Of a stretch of DNA of 64,000 nt, positions 27,263-40,935 are shown one piece after another. Origin of the DNA: Octopus vulgaris. Lineage: Eukaryota. Both the position numbers and the translations under genes were made by a program. The stretch lies in assembly GCA_951406725.2 (NCBI GenBank), contig OX597823.1:2666001-2730000 (forward strand), given 5' to 3'. How positions within the stretch are numbered: position 1 is the first letter of the stretch; each line of letters opens with the position of its first letter. The notes beneath the pieces are model-generated. The model saw only the letters and a list, made by a program, of their open reading frames with translations, did no database searches and was not told the DNA's origin.

Positions 27263-28020
27263 GGTTTCTCTGGGAGAGGCAGACTGGACAGAGAAAAAGG
27301 AAGAGATGGATGCTGGGAACAGGTGACAGTGTGCAAAGAGACGGAAAAGGTGACAGAGAAGAGAGAGAAAGAGAGAGAACAGAGGAAGGAAGAGAAAAGA
27401 ACGAGGCAACAATAATTTAAATAGGATTGCGATATATCTGTGTTCGTGTATATGTTTCTGGGTGTGTGTGCGCACCCGCTCGTGCTCACGTATGCTCAAC
27501 TATTAAGGTCGTCTGGACACCTCCCAGTGTAGACGCGCACATTTAACTTTGGACTGCATCCAGAATCAAACCATTCACCGAATGGAGGAGACTTCACAAA
27601 CCAATACTTCTCAAACTCTTTCCTTCCCAATATATTCTGTTGCTGCTGTTGCTGCTACTACTACTACTACTACTACTACTACTCTACTCCCCCCCGCAGT
27701 CTTTGTTCCGCTTCATCACCTCCATTTGAATCCATACTATTCTCACACAAACTCACTGTCCAGTCGTTCGTTTCCCCACGATAGCATCTTTCCTACTTTA
27801 TCATACCACATTATCACATGTTATCGCATATTAACAGCTATTCTCCTAATATCACATATTATTGTACATTGTTATAGATTAACACATTATTACTCGTTAT
27901 TACACATTATCATATATTATCACATATTTTTTTTATTATTTATTATCACATATTAACCCATATTAACACTATTAATGTTATCAACAAAAAAAAAAGAGAG
28001 AGAGAGAGAGAGAAACTTAC

Positions 28021-28203
28021 TTTGTCTTTTAACAGCGGTGTCCTCAGCATCGATGGATAATTTGGAGGGTAACCATATTCGTCATATTGTAGGAAATCGA
28101 CAGCAGCATGTGACACACTGCAGGTGAAGATGATTACGGACACAATCCATTTCAAGTCCTCCTTTGAAGACACGTGACCCTTACCATCTTTCATTGGTAA
28201 ACC
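28021..28203 (-). CDS. Lipoxygenase exon J (GLPMKDGKGHVSSKEDLKWIVSVIIFTCSVSHAAVDFLQYDEYGYPPNYPSMLRTPLLKDK)
   Basis: aag acceptor, gtaagt donor, 183 nt, phase 0 to 0; IIFTCSxxHAAV motif with third iron-binding His. Confidence 0.95.
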
Positions 28204-28769
28204 CTTTAACAGACAATAGAAGATATTTTATATACAACTGTATTTAACTATTTAATGATATTAGGAAAAGTCTACATAATCGTTCGATCTGCTAAAATTA
28301 ACAGCCTAATCTATTCAAATCACACATTGCTGCAGTGTTTCTCAAAACTTTGACTTCAGAATAAATTTCGAAAAAAAAAGGAATACTGATCCATTTCGCT
28401 TAGATTTTCTTTTTAAGTTGTAGATTTTCAAGAAATAGAAAATTTTTTTTGTTAATCATACAAATTTATGAAATTTAACTAAATTCTGAGTAATAGGTTC
28501 TTCAAGACATTCATTAATTGTATAGATTTTGTAAAGCATTGTATGGTATTTTTTAAAATGTGCAAACCAAAAGTTGAAGATCTTAGCCACATTCTTTTCT
28601 TTCCTACCCCAGGCACAAGGCCCACTTAGCCACATCATTGCCAGTTGTGAAAGTATGTCTTCTTGTTACTTTCTCCCTTTAAAAGAATTTATTCAATTTA
28701 TTTCAACTTTTACTTAAGAACAATCGAAACCGACAACAGAGTTTAATGAAAGTGTAAATATTTTCTTGA

Positions 28770-28995
28770 TTCTCTTTACTCTTTTATTTGTTTAAGTCAT
28801 TTGACTGTGGCCATGCTGGAGCACCGCCTTTAGTCGAGCTAATCGACCCAATGACTTATTCTTTGTAAGCCTAGTACTTATTCTATCGTTCTCTTTGCCG
28901 AACCACTAAGTTACGGGGACGTAAACACACCAACATCGGTTGTCAAGCAATGTTGGGGGTGGGGGACAAACATAGACACACACACATACATATAC

Positions 28996-29020
<25 letters not shown>
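28770..29020 (-). mobile_element. Family A SINE, 3' half
   Basis: gtcatttgactgtggccatgctggagcaccgcc...ttacggggacgtaaacac. Confidence 0.85.
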
Positions 29021-29026
<6 letters not shown>

Positions 29027-29029
29027 TAT

Positions 29030-30929
29030 CAGAACAGTCCTGATATATTTTGTCATGTCTGTGGTTCATTTACCACCAAAGCCCAGCAACGTGCCATCAC
29101 AAGTGAAATCAAGAAGATCTACCAGTTATAATTTGGCTGCTCTCTTGGGAAACAAGATAAGAGTTGGGCCCCGCACATCATCAGCTCAGCTTGTTCAAAT
29201 GGACCAAGGGACTGGCTAAATAAGAGGAAGAGAGCAATGCCATTTGCAATACCTATGATATGGAGAGAGCCAAAGGATCGTTTCTTGGACTGTTATTTCT
29301 GAAACGTTAATGTATGTGGGTTTACTGTAAAGACCAAGCATAAGATTGTGTATCCCAACTTGGAATCAGCAAGAACACCAGCAAGATGAAGATCTTCTTA
29401 TTCTAATACCACCAGAAAATGGCCTTCAGATGTTTGACGAAGGCGTATTTCCTGAAGAAAAAACTACTGCTGTGGAAGAGACCGAAGTGGATGCAGATTT
29501 CATGAGTGAAAATGAAGACGTACCACAGAAATGTTCTCAAGGAGAGTTAAATGATTTAGTTAGAGACTTGCCATTGTTGAAGGATAAAGTTGAACTTGGC
29601 TACAAGAAAAGTGTCTGCTTAAGAAAGATGTTTGTATTACTCATTTCAGGAAGAGAAATAGGGATCTGACTTCATGCTTCTCTGTTGATGTTTCAGTAAT
29701 AACACTGATGAGTTATTTCGCTGTTTGTTCCAAGAGCATGTTCCAGCCGAATGGCGCTTATTCATTGATTCATCTAAGAGAAGCCTCAAGGCAGTACTAC
29801 TACACACTGGCAATAAGAAACCATCCATTCCCATAGGACATTCAGTGCACGTGAAGGAGTGTTATGAAAACATGCAAGTACTCCTCAATGCCATAGAGTA
29901 TACAAACTACAGCTGGAAAATATGTGGAAACTTGAAGGTGATTGGAATGTTGATGGGAATGCAATTTGGGTTCACCAAATATTGTTGCTTTTTATGCCTA
30001 TGGGACAGTCGTGAAACTAACAAGCACTATGTGCAATCAGAGTGACCTTTGCGAAAATCATATGAGCAGGGAGTCTCTAGCGTCCCGAGTAAGCCATTTT
30101 AAACCCAGAAAATGTTCTTCTCCCTCTTCACATAAAGCTTCGCCTCATGAAACAATTCATGAAGACACTTACCAGAAAAAGCTCAAAAGGTTTTGAATAT
30201 GTGAAGGTTAAATTTCCAAAAATCCCCGAGGCAAAACTGAAGGAGGGCATATTCATAGGTCCACAGATAAAAGAACTCCTGAAGGACAACCACTTCCTCA
30301 CAGCACTGGATGAGATTAAGCTTAAAGCCTGGGAATCTTTCAAATGGCTCTGTGAAAATTTCCCAGGCAACAAGAGATCTCTAGAGTTTAGAAATGGAGT
30401 GAAATGTCTTCTAGACTCCAACACTGCAATGGACTGTCGGATCTCCATTTCCTTGATTCTGGACTTTTTTGCAGGGAACCTTGGAGCAGTGTTTGATGAG
30501 ATGGGGAACGCTTTCATCAAGATATTGCATCGATGGAACATCGATATCAAGGATTTTGGAATGCAGGAATGTTAGCTGACTACTGTTGGATGTTATACAG
30601 GGATGAACCAGAGACAAAACAACATAGAAAGTCCAAATCCCAAAGATTTTAAGTTGTTATGCATTTGAGTGTATTCTAAATTATTTTTACACAATAATTT
30701 TAATTTTGTACAATAAAAATCCATGAAATCATCGTATCTTGTATTCAATATACTTTATATAGACATGCTTTACGTATCCTATAAGTTGAAAGAGCAGGCA
30801 TCATTAACATGAAAATGTGACCTGACAGAGGAAATCGGACTTCAGATTCGTAACCAGCATCAAAATTTAACCCAGAAAAGTTAATCAGCAACTCTGATGA
30901 TTAAAAAAGTTTCATTTTGTTGACCAGTG
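29030..30929 (+). mobile_element. Decayed DNA transposon, Chapaev3 (CMC)-like transposase
   Basis: WREPKD...DCYF, FIDSSKRSLKAVLLH, GFTKYCCFLCLWDSR, KLKEGIFIGPQI, FHQDI and MLADYCW motifs; right terminus ...ttgttgaccagtg. Superfamily assigned from recalled motifs. Confidence 0.75.
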
Positions 30930-31336
30930 TATTCTAGATAGTTGCTTGGCAAACCAGAAACAGCAGTCAAATCTCCTTCTAATCGCACACTTACGCTTCA
31001 ATCTTAATGAATCTCTCCACCAATTTTGTCGTATTCTTCTTTATAATTTGATTCATATCCAAAATGTTTTATAGAGATTCTAATTCGCACCAACACCAAC
31101 AACAAGTAGTTGACGACTATATTGTGTAATCCACTCCTAAGATAATTAAAAGTTAAGGTGGCCTCCATAGGATTTGAATTCAGATCATTAAGGACCAAAA
31201 ATAAAAAATAAAAACACCAAGGTATATTTTCTGTTATTCTAATGATTTTACAATCCACTGTAAAAAGAAAAGCAAAAAACAAAAGAAAAAGTATTTAAAA
31301 AATGAAACTAAAGAGCCATTACGGGACTAAGCAACG

Positions 31337-31385
31337 TCAGCAGCAGCAGCAGCAACAGCAGCAACAGCAGCAACAGCAGCAGCAA

Positions 31386-31417
<32 letters not shown>

Positions 31418-31418
31418 A
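31337..31418. repeat. (CAG/CAA)n microsatellite near exon I donor
   Basis: Direct inspection. Confidence 0.95.
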
Positions 31419-31454
31419 GATTTTACTTTGTATAGAATTATGAACAGGAAATAC

Positions 31455-31537
31455 CTTCAATCCACCTCTGCTTGGCACGGACATATTTTCTACCCAATCC
31501 TGCAACTCTCCGTCCCCATCAACAGCTTCATCATTTT
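31455..31537 (-). CDS. Lipoxygenase exon I (ENDEAVDGDGELQDWVENMSVPSRGGLK)
   Basis: cag acceptor, gtattt donor, 83 nt, phase 1 to 0; DxxVxxDxELQxW motif. Confidence 0.93.
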
Positions 31538-31695
31538 CTGAAATTATAAATAAATGGGGAATACGATTGTTAGTCGCAGTCAGTTGCAGGAGAGAACTGA
31601 CACGTTCCTCTCAACTCCTCAGGTGTATGAAGCAGTTGGCCTCCTACAAAAATTTCTCAGTCAATTCCCGATTCTTTCCACACATTTTTGGTAGT

Positions 31696-31744
<49 letters not shown>

Positions 31745-32209
31745 CCCCCCACACACACACACACACACACTATAATGAATTAAAAGCAGCACTAGTGTTG
31801 TGAACATTATCGACCGCACATACTCAATGGATGTGTTTTGCTTGTTCACTGGTACGCTCTGACATAGCGCTGTGGGGACGACTCCCTCTTAACACTGAGT
31901 GAAAACCACTGAAAGTCATAGACAGGCGAGACAACTCGTCCCCCGATCGCATTCAGGAGCGATGGCTGCTGATATTTCGCCATTTCTGTAGTTTATCAAT
32001 ATAACGGACCCGAATTGAACCAGAGACAAGGAATATGAGTGGACAGATGAAAGAAAGAAGCACTCAACACGGCTGGTTGGAGTTGTATGTATTTTATAAC
32101 ATTTACACTCAGCTCTACATCACTTACAATTTGTGATTGTAGAACACGTGCACATCCTGAGATGTTCGGAGACAGAGTAGAGGAATTTTTAAAAGATTTA
32201 GAAAACTTC

Positions 32210-32420
32210 GAGGTGAGATTGTTTAGGCTTCCGTTGGCCTGTCACCTTAGAAAAAATTGGTGAAAGCAATGTTTTCGTCATAGACGTCAGCGAATCTTTG
32301 GACCGTGTCTGGTATGCAGAATCCTCTCGCCTAAGATTTCCACCAGTCTCTCATCTCTTGGATCGGTAGTTTTCTATCAGATCACATTAATGTGAGGGAC
32401 GAAACCGGATATGGACGGGG
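32210..32420 (+). mobile_element. Highly decayed LINE RT fragment
   Basis: VIDVSESLDRVWY...LISWIGSFLSD resembles LDxSKAFDRVW...WIxSFL. Confidence 0.5.
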
Positions 32421-32792
32421 ACGGCTTTGACTTGTTTGGGTGAGTAACCGTACCGTTTAAGTAATTTGACCGTGTGCTGGACCTGATTCTGTGACTGCAC
32501 ACCCGTTAGAGATTGAAGAATTTGGGAGAAGCGAATGAGATGTTGGGGGTTGATAATAAGGTATGATGAGGCAAAGACCAAGAGAGAGGAAACAGTAAAA
32601 TTAAAGAGAGCAGAAGAACTGAGGATGGAGTGTGTGTGTGTAGGGGGGTGAGTAGATGGAGAGAGAGAGAGAGAGAGAAAAGTGAGAGAGAGAGCTGTTC
32701 AGGAGCTTAGAGATTTCAGAGATAACAGAGTGAATTCGAGAGAGTTAAGTAAGGAGAAAAGAGGACAAAAGAAACAAAGGAATCGAGTTGTA

Positions 32793-32830
<38 letters not shown>

Positions 32831-32955
32831 GCAACGAGCTATTGTAACTAAATTTCTGGTATTTCTTTTGTCCAATACTGTGTTGACTCCTCATCTCCCA
32901 TCCATTTCTATTTATATCTTATAAATAAGATGAATGAATAAACGAATATAATTAC

Positions 32956-33061
32956 CATAGTGGAGATCTATATAGCTGGACACGTACTTATATACACAGT
33001 CGTACAATAAAAGCGAATCATCTCTGAAATAGTATTTGGGCAAAACTTTCGGATCGTCAAC
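32956..33061 (-). CDS. Lipoxygenase exon H (VDDPKVLPKYYFRDDSLLLYDCVYKYVSSYIDLHY)
   Basis: cag acceptor, gtaatt donor, 106 nt, phase 0 to 1; LPxYxxRDD motif. Confidence 0.95.
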
Positions 33062-33389
33062 CTGAAATATGAGAGCAAAGAGTGATATCTTCATAGATAA
33101 AACGTGCCAGACAAATGTTTTCTTTTTATGCTTCATTAACCTTGCTGAGGAATTGTTTATTAATAATGAAACCTCATGCCAAGTTGCCTAAGAGACTGAC
33201 TGCGTCTTGCTTTCACGTAGAACGAAATCCTTTATGAATATGTATTTGTGTATTCATTGAGTTTGCAAGCGTTGAGTGTATGGAATAACGTTTCATGTAC
33301 CCCAGGATAGATGTGCATATGATATATAACTTACGTATTACAACCCAGAAATATATGTGTATGTGCTTATATCATATGTACGAAAATAC

Positions 33390-33745
33390 TGGAGTCAGCT
33401 GAAGAGTTCATAGACTGATCAAGATGGTCTCATGGCATGTGACCAAATGAGGTGTATTTTTCAAGATGTCCTCCTTGCAGTCTACACACTTCTTCCATCG
33501 GCGTTGCAGTGCTTGGATCTCATTGGTTGAGAAGCTTTCATCCGACTGGTAAAAAAAATGTCATCAACAGCAGATATGATGTCATCAACGTTGCGATACT
33601 GGTTCCGAGGCAAGTGTTTTATCAGATGAAAGTCAGATGGGATCCAAATGATAGAATGAGGATGGAGAGAGTGATCAATCAGTTCAAAGCCACAATGACG
33701 CATAGCAACCATTGAAACCAAAGACTTGTCTTGATGACCACTTTC
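33390..33745 (-). mobile_element. Mariner transposase 3' remnant
   Basis: GFELIDH...PSDFHL (YSPDLAPSDF-like) and LQRRWKKCVDCKED. Confidence 0.7.
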
Positions 33746-33779
33746 ACCAAACCAAAATAATAATAATAATTACTCATTT

Positions 33780-34000
33780 ACGAAGACGACGAACTGGCAG
33801 ACTCGTTAGCACGTCGGGCGAAATGCTTAGCAGTATTCCGTCCGTATTCATGTTCTGAGTTCAAATTCTGCCGAGATCGACTTTGCCTTTCATCCTTTCG
33901 GGGTCGATAAATTAAGCACCAGTGAAACACTGGGGTCGATATACTCGACTAGTCTCCTCCCCCAAAATTTCAGACCATGTGTCTATAGTAGAACGGATTA
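33780..34000 (+). mobile_element. Family B SINE
   Basis: ctggcagactcgttagcac...gagttcaaatt...tttcatcctttcggggtcgataaattaag. Confidence 0.85.
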
Positions 34001-34091
34001 TTTTGGGAAGATTGATTTAATTGAAGCTAATGAAACAATTGCAAGCTAAACAATAAACGGCGTTTGATAACTTTTTTCTTTGATGTTCTTT

Positions 34092-34145
<54 letters not shown>

Positions 34146-34249
34146 TATGCTGGTGTTTTGTGGACTTTCGGATTGCTAGTGTAACGTGCTCCAGAGGAAT
34201 ATCTCCACTTTCCAACTTCCAAATAGCCACCATTAATACAAGTTCTTCA

Positions 34250-35165
34250 TGAGGAAAATGCCGGGATTACACAGCGACATATAAATAAGAATACAAAGCT
34301 GGCTCTTTACAAATCATTTGTCTTACTGTCCCTGTTGTATTCTTGTGAAACATGGACTTGTTATAAAAGGCATTTTAAACTGTTAGAACAATTCCAGCAG
34401 AAATGCCTTCATCGCATTTAAAAAATTAAATGGAGTTCTTTTACTCCAAACACAGATGTTCTTGTTTCTGCAGGCATCACCCCAATTAAAGCTATGATTT
34501 TGAGGAATCATCTGAGATGGTGTGGCCATATTGCTCAATGAAAGATGAACGCATGCCGAAACAGCTGTTTTATGGTGAGCTTGCAGAGGGGAAACGCTAT
34601 CGACATAAACCTAAAAAAAAGGACTACTATGAAGTCACTTGGAATGGTTCCAGAAGATATAGAAACCCTTGCTTCGGATCGAGTTGGATGGCGAACAAAG
34701 GTGTGGAGTGGAGTGAAAGCATTTGAAGAGGCCAGGATAACACAAGTAAGACTGAAAAGAGGTCCAAGGAAGAATGTTACGATCGAGACGGTGAATGACA
34801 ATGACCTTTTTGTTCTGCACAGTTTGTGACAGACCATGCCTTTCTTTTGCTGGGCTCAAATCTCATTTGCGAACCCATGGAAAACGAACCTCCACCAACT
34901 ATTCTGCCTATATGTCTGTGCACACCTTTTAATGCCGTGTATACCATAAAGTCTGCAAATCTAAATGAGGCCTTAAAAGACATTTGAAGATCCACAAAGA
35001 TCAGAACCAAACTGCAGCTCTTGGTGGTCCAAATCAGATGCGCAATCTGTGTGGCTGTCTTTTCAAAACATTGTCTGGCTTAAAAGGCAACATCAGATAC
35101 CATGATGGATCTAAGGTGTCCATACAGAAGGTGGCCAGACTCTGCATAAGGAGTAGAGAACCACC
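34250..35165 (+). mobile_element. RTE-clade LINE 3' fragment with C-terminal C2H2-like motifs
   Basis: LLYSCETWT, LRWCGHI..MKDERMPKQLFYGEL, ASDRVGWR and CTVCDRPCLSFAGLKSHLRTH. Confidence 0.8.
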
Positions 35166-35202
35166 ATGTATATACATATTTATAAATACACACACACACA
35201 CA

Positions 35203-35261
<59 letters not shown>

Positions 35262-35558
35262 ACATGTGTCTGTGTGTTTGTATGTATGTATGTATGTATA
35301 TATAAATACATATATGCATATACACACACATACACATATGTATATGTATAGTCTGAGTATCCTGTCGTTGCCGGATAATTTTCACAATAGAATGCCTTGG
35401 CGGACTTTCGGAATAGCATAAGATGGATTTTCTCTCTTTTCTAACATGTATTGATGTTTTTCAGTATTCTGCCCCCCCCCCCCCCCACAAACACATTTTA
35501 TGAAATGATAAAGCAATATAGTCTATTGCTAAGATGTAAGCAACAACAAAAAATTGTA

Positions 35559-35591
<33 letters not shown>

Positions 35592-36875
35592 ACGCTCGCT
35601 TCAGTAAGAAAAAGCATTTACTAACAGAAAAGCATGTTATTAAAATAAGTTATCTTTTAAATACCTTTTTAAATCAATGTTGACCTAATGAAGCTCCTTA
35701 CTCATGTGCACACACTCACACACTCAGCGTGAGCGATATACTTTTATTGAGAGTGAGAAAGTTTATCATGAGAAAATGAAAGATGAATTTCGAAATTTTT
35801 AAAATTAAGTGAAAAATTTCAAATTTGGTATATTGTACTTTTTCACGACGAATCCAAGTTCGTGATTCGTTTATTCCTGAAAGATCTTAGTAAAGTGTTA
35901 CAGAGGTTTAAAGTTTCATAATTTTAATCTAATGGGAAAACAGAATTTGGAAGCTAAGCATTTTTTGTGTGATAAATTGTGTATCATAAAATGAAAGTGA
36001 GCATTAGAAGACCAGGTTTTAAACAAAATGAAGGCTATGTGTGAGAATTAATACATATGCGAGTAAGAGTGAGTATCAAAGAGCATGGTAAATACAGATA
36101 GATTGATGGAGATAGAGACTGGGAGAATTGTCGATCTAAAAGTCGAGTTATTTCTCATAGAAAATTACATTTTTTAATTATTATTAACGGACAGCATTGT
36201 CTTTGGGATGCAGATTTTGAAAATGAAATTAATTTTTCTAAAAGATGCAGTGTTTTAGAGCCTTCTAGGGCTAAACACACATACGCGTGCATTGTATTTT
36301 TTACACACACACACACATATATATAGATATTTCTATATAAGAAGTTTGTAATTTAATCTGTCTCGCTGCAAAGGATAATAGAAAGGAAAGTTCAATAGTC
36401 TGCAAGTGAAGTCAGCGCACGCTTCTCCAAAGACGTGTTTTACTGGCAACAACAAGTCCAATTTAAAAATACTAGGATCATTTGAAGAGTACAGTTCTTT
36501 GATTCACTCCGACCATTTTGAAGCGGGAGCAACAATGAACAGCATCAATTATACCCAGAGAAAATAGTAATCATCGGAATTCTCTTGATTAGATATGTGC
36601 ATGGCAGGGGTTAACTTGACGTTAAACAACACCTCAGATGTGTTTGATCTGCCAGAGAGATGTAAGAAACGTGCATAGCGAAAAATGCAAGAAACGTACA
36701 AAGTGAAAAATGTAAGAAATGTTTCACGTACGTTATACAATGTAGTCTTAGATTATTCTAAGTAGAATGAATAATTAGAGAGAGAATACTTCGAAGAATG
36801 ATCGTGAATCTGTCGCCTCAATGAAGATTTACCTGGGGTTAAACCAAAATAATAAGCAACAAAAGAATTACTTAC

Positions 36876-36936
36876 TTTTCGGTTTGCAAAATCATTAGCA
36901 GGAATTCCATCTCGATAAAAGTCCCATTCTTGTAGT
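36876..36936 (-). CDS. Lipoxygenase exon G (GLQEWDFYRDGIPANDFANRK)
   Basis: cag acceptor, gtaagt donor, 61 nt, phase 2 to 0; PxDxxxR motif. Confidence 0.9.
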
Positions 36937-37099
36937 CTGAAAAAAGTATATATGCATGTGTATATGTAAATATTATACCAGTATGTTATAAAAATATTTT
37001 TGATATTCCTGAAAATTATTCTTCCAAGCACTTGAAAGACTGTTGAAAAGTAGTGGATACCTACCAGGTATAAAACCGAACCTGAATCAAACAATAATA

Positions 37100-37434
<335 letters not shown>

Positions 37435-37509
37435 AAGAAGAAGAAGAAGAAGAAGAAGAAGAAGAAGAAGAAGAAGAAGAAGAAGAAGAAGAAGAAGAAG
37501 AAGAAGAAG

Positions 37510-38247
37510 ACACAACAAAAGCTATAAAACAAATGAAATCGAAACTAAAACTAGCACAACAACGGACCATGATAAAACGATGGCAAGAAAAGCCCCTTCA
37601 TGGTAAATACTGGACTAAACTAAATGCAAAAGAAATAGACAAAGAAAAACCCCAGCAATGGTTGAGAAGCTCAGGACTCAAAGCAGAGACAGAGGGATTT
37701 TTAATTGCAGCACAAGACCAAAGCCTCCCCACCAGAAATTACCAAAAACATGTAATGAAAAGAAACATAACAAGTAACTGCAGAATATGTGGAGATGGAC
37801 AAGAAACAATAAATCATATTATCTCTGGCTGCCCAGTCCTGGCTAGGAAGGAATATATTCACAGACACGACAGAGTTGGGACCTACATACACTGGAAGCT
37901 ATGCCAACATTATGGAATAACAACAGAAAAAAGATGGTATAGGCACACTCCAGAGAAGGTCACAGAAAACGAGACGAGAAAGCAACCATACTCTGGGATA
38001 TGCCAATACACACAGATAGAAAAATTAAGGCCAATAGGCCAGATATAGTTGTTAGAGATCATGAAGAAAAAGATGCTTTCTAATTGATGTATCAATGCCA
38101 GCAGATGACGACGTGTCTCTAAAAGAAATGGAGAAACTCTCAAAATACAAAGACCTGGAAATAGAGGTAACCAGAATGTGGAATCTAAAAACAGAAACAA
38201 TTCCTATCATAGTAGTCGCATTAGGTATGATAAAAAATATTTAAAAA

Positions 38248-38285
<38 letters not shown>

Positions 38286-38291
38286 TGATGT

Positions 38292-38325
<34 letters not shown>

Positions 38326-38847
38326 ATGTTATTGCAGAGTAAGAGCAATACTCAAGACAGAGCTGAATGTGAGAAACAGGATCGAAGCAATCAATGCTTT
38401 AGCCAAACCATTCGTGCCTTACAGTTTCAATATTGTTACCTGGTCAATTACTAAAATATGTAATCTTGACAGAAGTCAAACATAGAATAATGACAATAAT
38501 AATAATAATGATGATAATAATAATGATAATAATAATAATAATAAAATATAAATATTAAAATAATAAAATATTCAGACAAATACATAACAAAATATAAATA
38601 TAAATATAAATATGAAATATAAATATTAAAATAATAAAATATTCAGACAAATACATAACAAAAACACCAGGACTTACAAACACATATAACATACAGAAAA
38701 TTGCACTACTAGGCACTGCACACATCCTACGCAGAACACTTTCCATACAATAACCATCAGAGCATCACAACAAATCACAGCACATACCCAAGGCACACAG
38801 AGCTGCGCTCGGTAGTGAAGTGAAAGCACGCTATAAAAATAAAACTA

Positions 38848-38850
<3 letters not shown>
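37510..38850 (+). mobile_element. R4/Dong-clade RLE non-LTR retrotransposon fragments
   Basis: WQEKPLHG, AAQDQ, CRIC...ETINHIISGC (CCHC), RHD, NRPDI, EKLSKY and LLGTAHILRR; flanked and interrupted by (AAT)n. Confidence 0.85.
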
Positions 38851-39252
<402 letters not shown>

Positions 39253-39379
39253 ATAGGGTTGAGGTAACTCCTCCAGAAGATACAGAAGCAACAAAAGAAG
39301 AGTGTCATTGTTATGAAGTGAATGATATTTCGACATCTCGTTTGTTTTGCACAGGTTCAAAAAAATAAACTTGTCAATC

Positions 39380-39600
39380 TACTTCCTTTATTGCCCACAA
39401 TGGCCTAAGCACAGAGGAGACAAACAAGGACAGACAAATGAGTTTCGAGTCCAGTGCTCAACTGGTACTTAATTTATCGACCCCGAAAGGATGAAAGGCA
39501 AAGTCGACCTCGGCGGAATTTGAACTCAGAACGTAACAGCAGACATAATACCACTAAGCATTTCGTCCGGCGTGATAACGTTTCTGCCAGCTCGCCGCTT
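39380..39600 (-). mobile_element. Family B SINE
   Basis: Core atcgaccccgaaaggatgaaaggcaaagtcgacctcggcgg. Confidence 0.85.
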
Positions 39601-40519
39601 TTGTTTGAGTTTATCTTGGCTTTATATAGTCTCTGATAAATTTATCTTTTCGGATATAGATGGAGCTCTATTGGATGATAAATGTATCACCTCAGGTCTG
39701 GAGGTTGAAATCGAATAAAAGAAATCATTTTAAAAACATAGTCCACAAACTTTTACCTCTCCAAAAGACAAAGGTAAAATTTTCTTAGTCGTAATCAAAT
39801 AACATCAAGAAAAATTAACTCCGGGCTAGAAGTCTGCTGACCAACCAAGCTGTCCATCTACATACATCTTTTTGTGAACCCTAAAGAACAAGGTAAGAAA
39901 ATTTTTATAAATCTCTTAAATAGAGCTCAAATAATATCAACAAATAAAGGAATTTGCTGACCAACTAACCTTTCCGCCTTCTGTCTTTTCTGAACTCTAG
40001 ATAATCAAATTTCTAAGCTTAAAACTTCATGACCTAAAGCTGATATGCTTAAATAAACACACCGAATCACAAAATTTTACATGTTGGACAGAACGCTGCA
40101 CAATAACTTCTAACTTCCTAGAACAAACAAGTTAAGTACAGATAGCAACAACAACATTAACTCAACCTATTTACTTAGCTGCAGAATAACTTATAACTCC
40201 TCACCTACCTTCATTTTCTTGTGAACCCTAAAAACAAGCTCGGAAGCTGACACACCTAAACAGACACACCTGATTGCAATGTTGTACACATGCCACTGAA
40301 CTCTAAACAATAACACAACTCCAACGTTTATTAATAAAAAATCTACTGTAATATTATTGTATCAAACCTCGTCCTACAACCAGATTATCATCCAAAAGAG
40401 CTCCATCTAAAGCAGAAAAAAACCCAAAATTACTGGACACAATATATGACCCAGAATATCTGAGTCCGCAGAAGGCTAAGCAGGCTAAAACTTCAAAGTC
40501 ACTGACAACATTATTCTTG

Positions 40520-40566
<47 letters not shown>

Positions 40567-40687
40567 ATATCACCGTGATCACCGTGACCGACCAGGCTAT
40601 CAGATGTTGCTACATATCGCTGGTCACAATGCGCTTCGCATTGCTTTAGCCTTCAAATGACGCCACCTTGCTGGCTAAGCGAGCAGG

Positions 40688-40719
<32 letters not shown>

Positions 40720-40851
40720 CGTTCAGCAAAATTTAGATTCAAATGAACATGGTACTTAAGTTAGATGCGCCAGAATTTTGTACGGTGTTATCCATAAAAA
40801 TCCATGGGGTGATTATAATCAAAATAAGAAACAAGAATATCTTCAGTAATT

Positions 40852-40935
40852 TGGTACGATCGTTTCACGCTACTTCATTTTATTAAACATTGTTAGTATT
40901 ACAACAGTTTTAAAATGTTGAACAATCATCAGCCA
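40852..40935 (-). ncRNA. Minimal hammerhead ribozyme motif in a PLE-like remnant
   Basis: TGG-CTGATGA...GAAACGATCGTA-CCA; palindromic stem III ACGATCGT; weak stem II. Confidence 0.6.

Noticed and set aside
31302-31541. PolyQ ORF on the plus strand
   Set aside because: Intronic (CAG/CAA)n antisense to LOX exon I; no other coding evidence.
31797-32122. Possible solo LTR (TGTTGT...ACATCA)
   Set aside because: No TSD or second copy in the window.
39830-40240. Degenerate repeats (ctgaccaac..., tgaaccctaaa)
   Set aside because: Too diverged to define a unit or function by eye.
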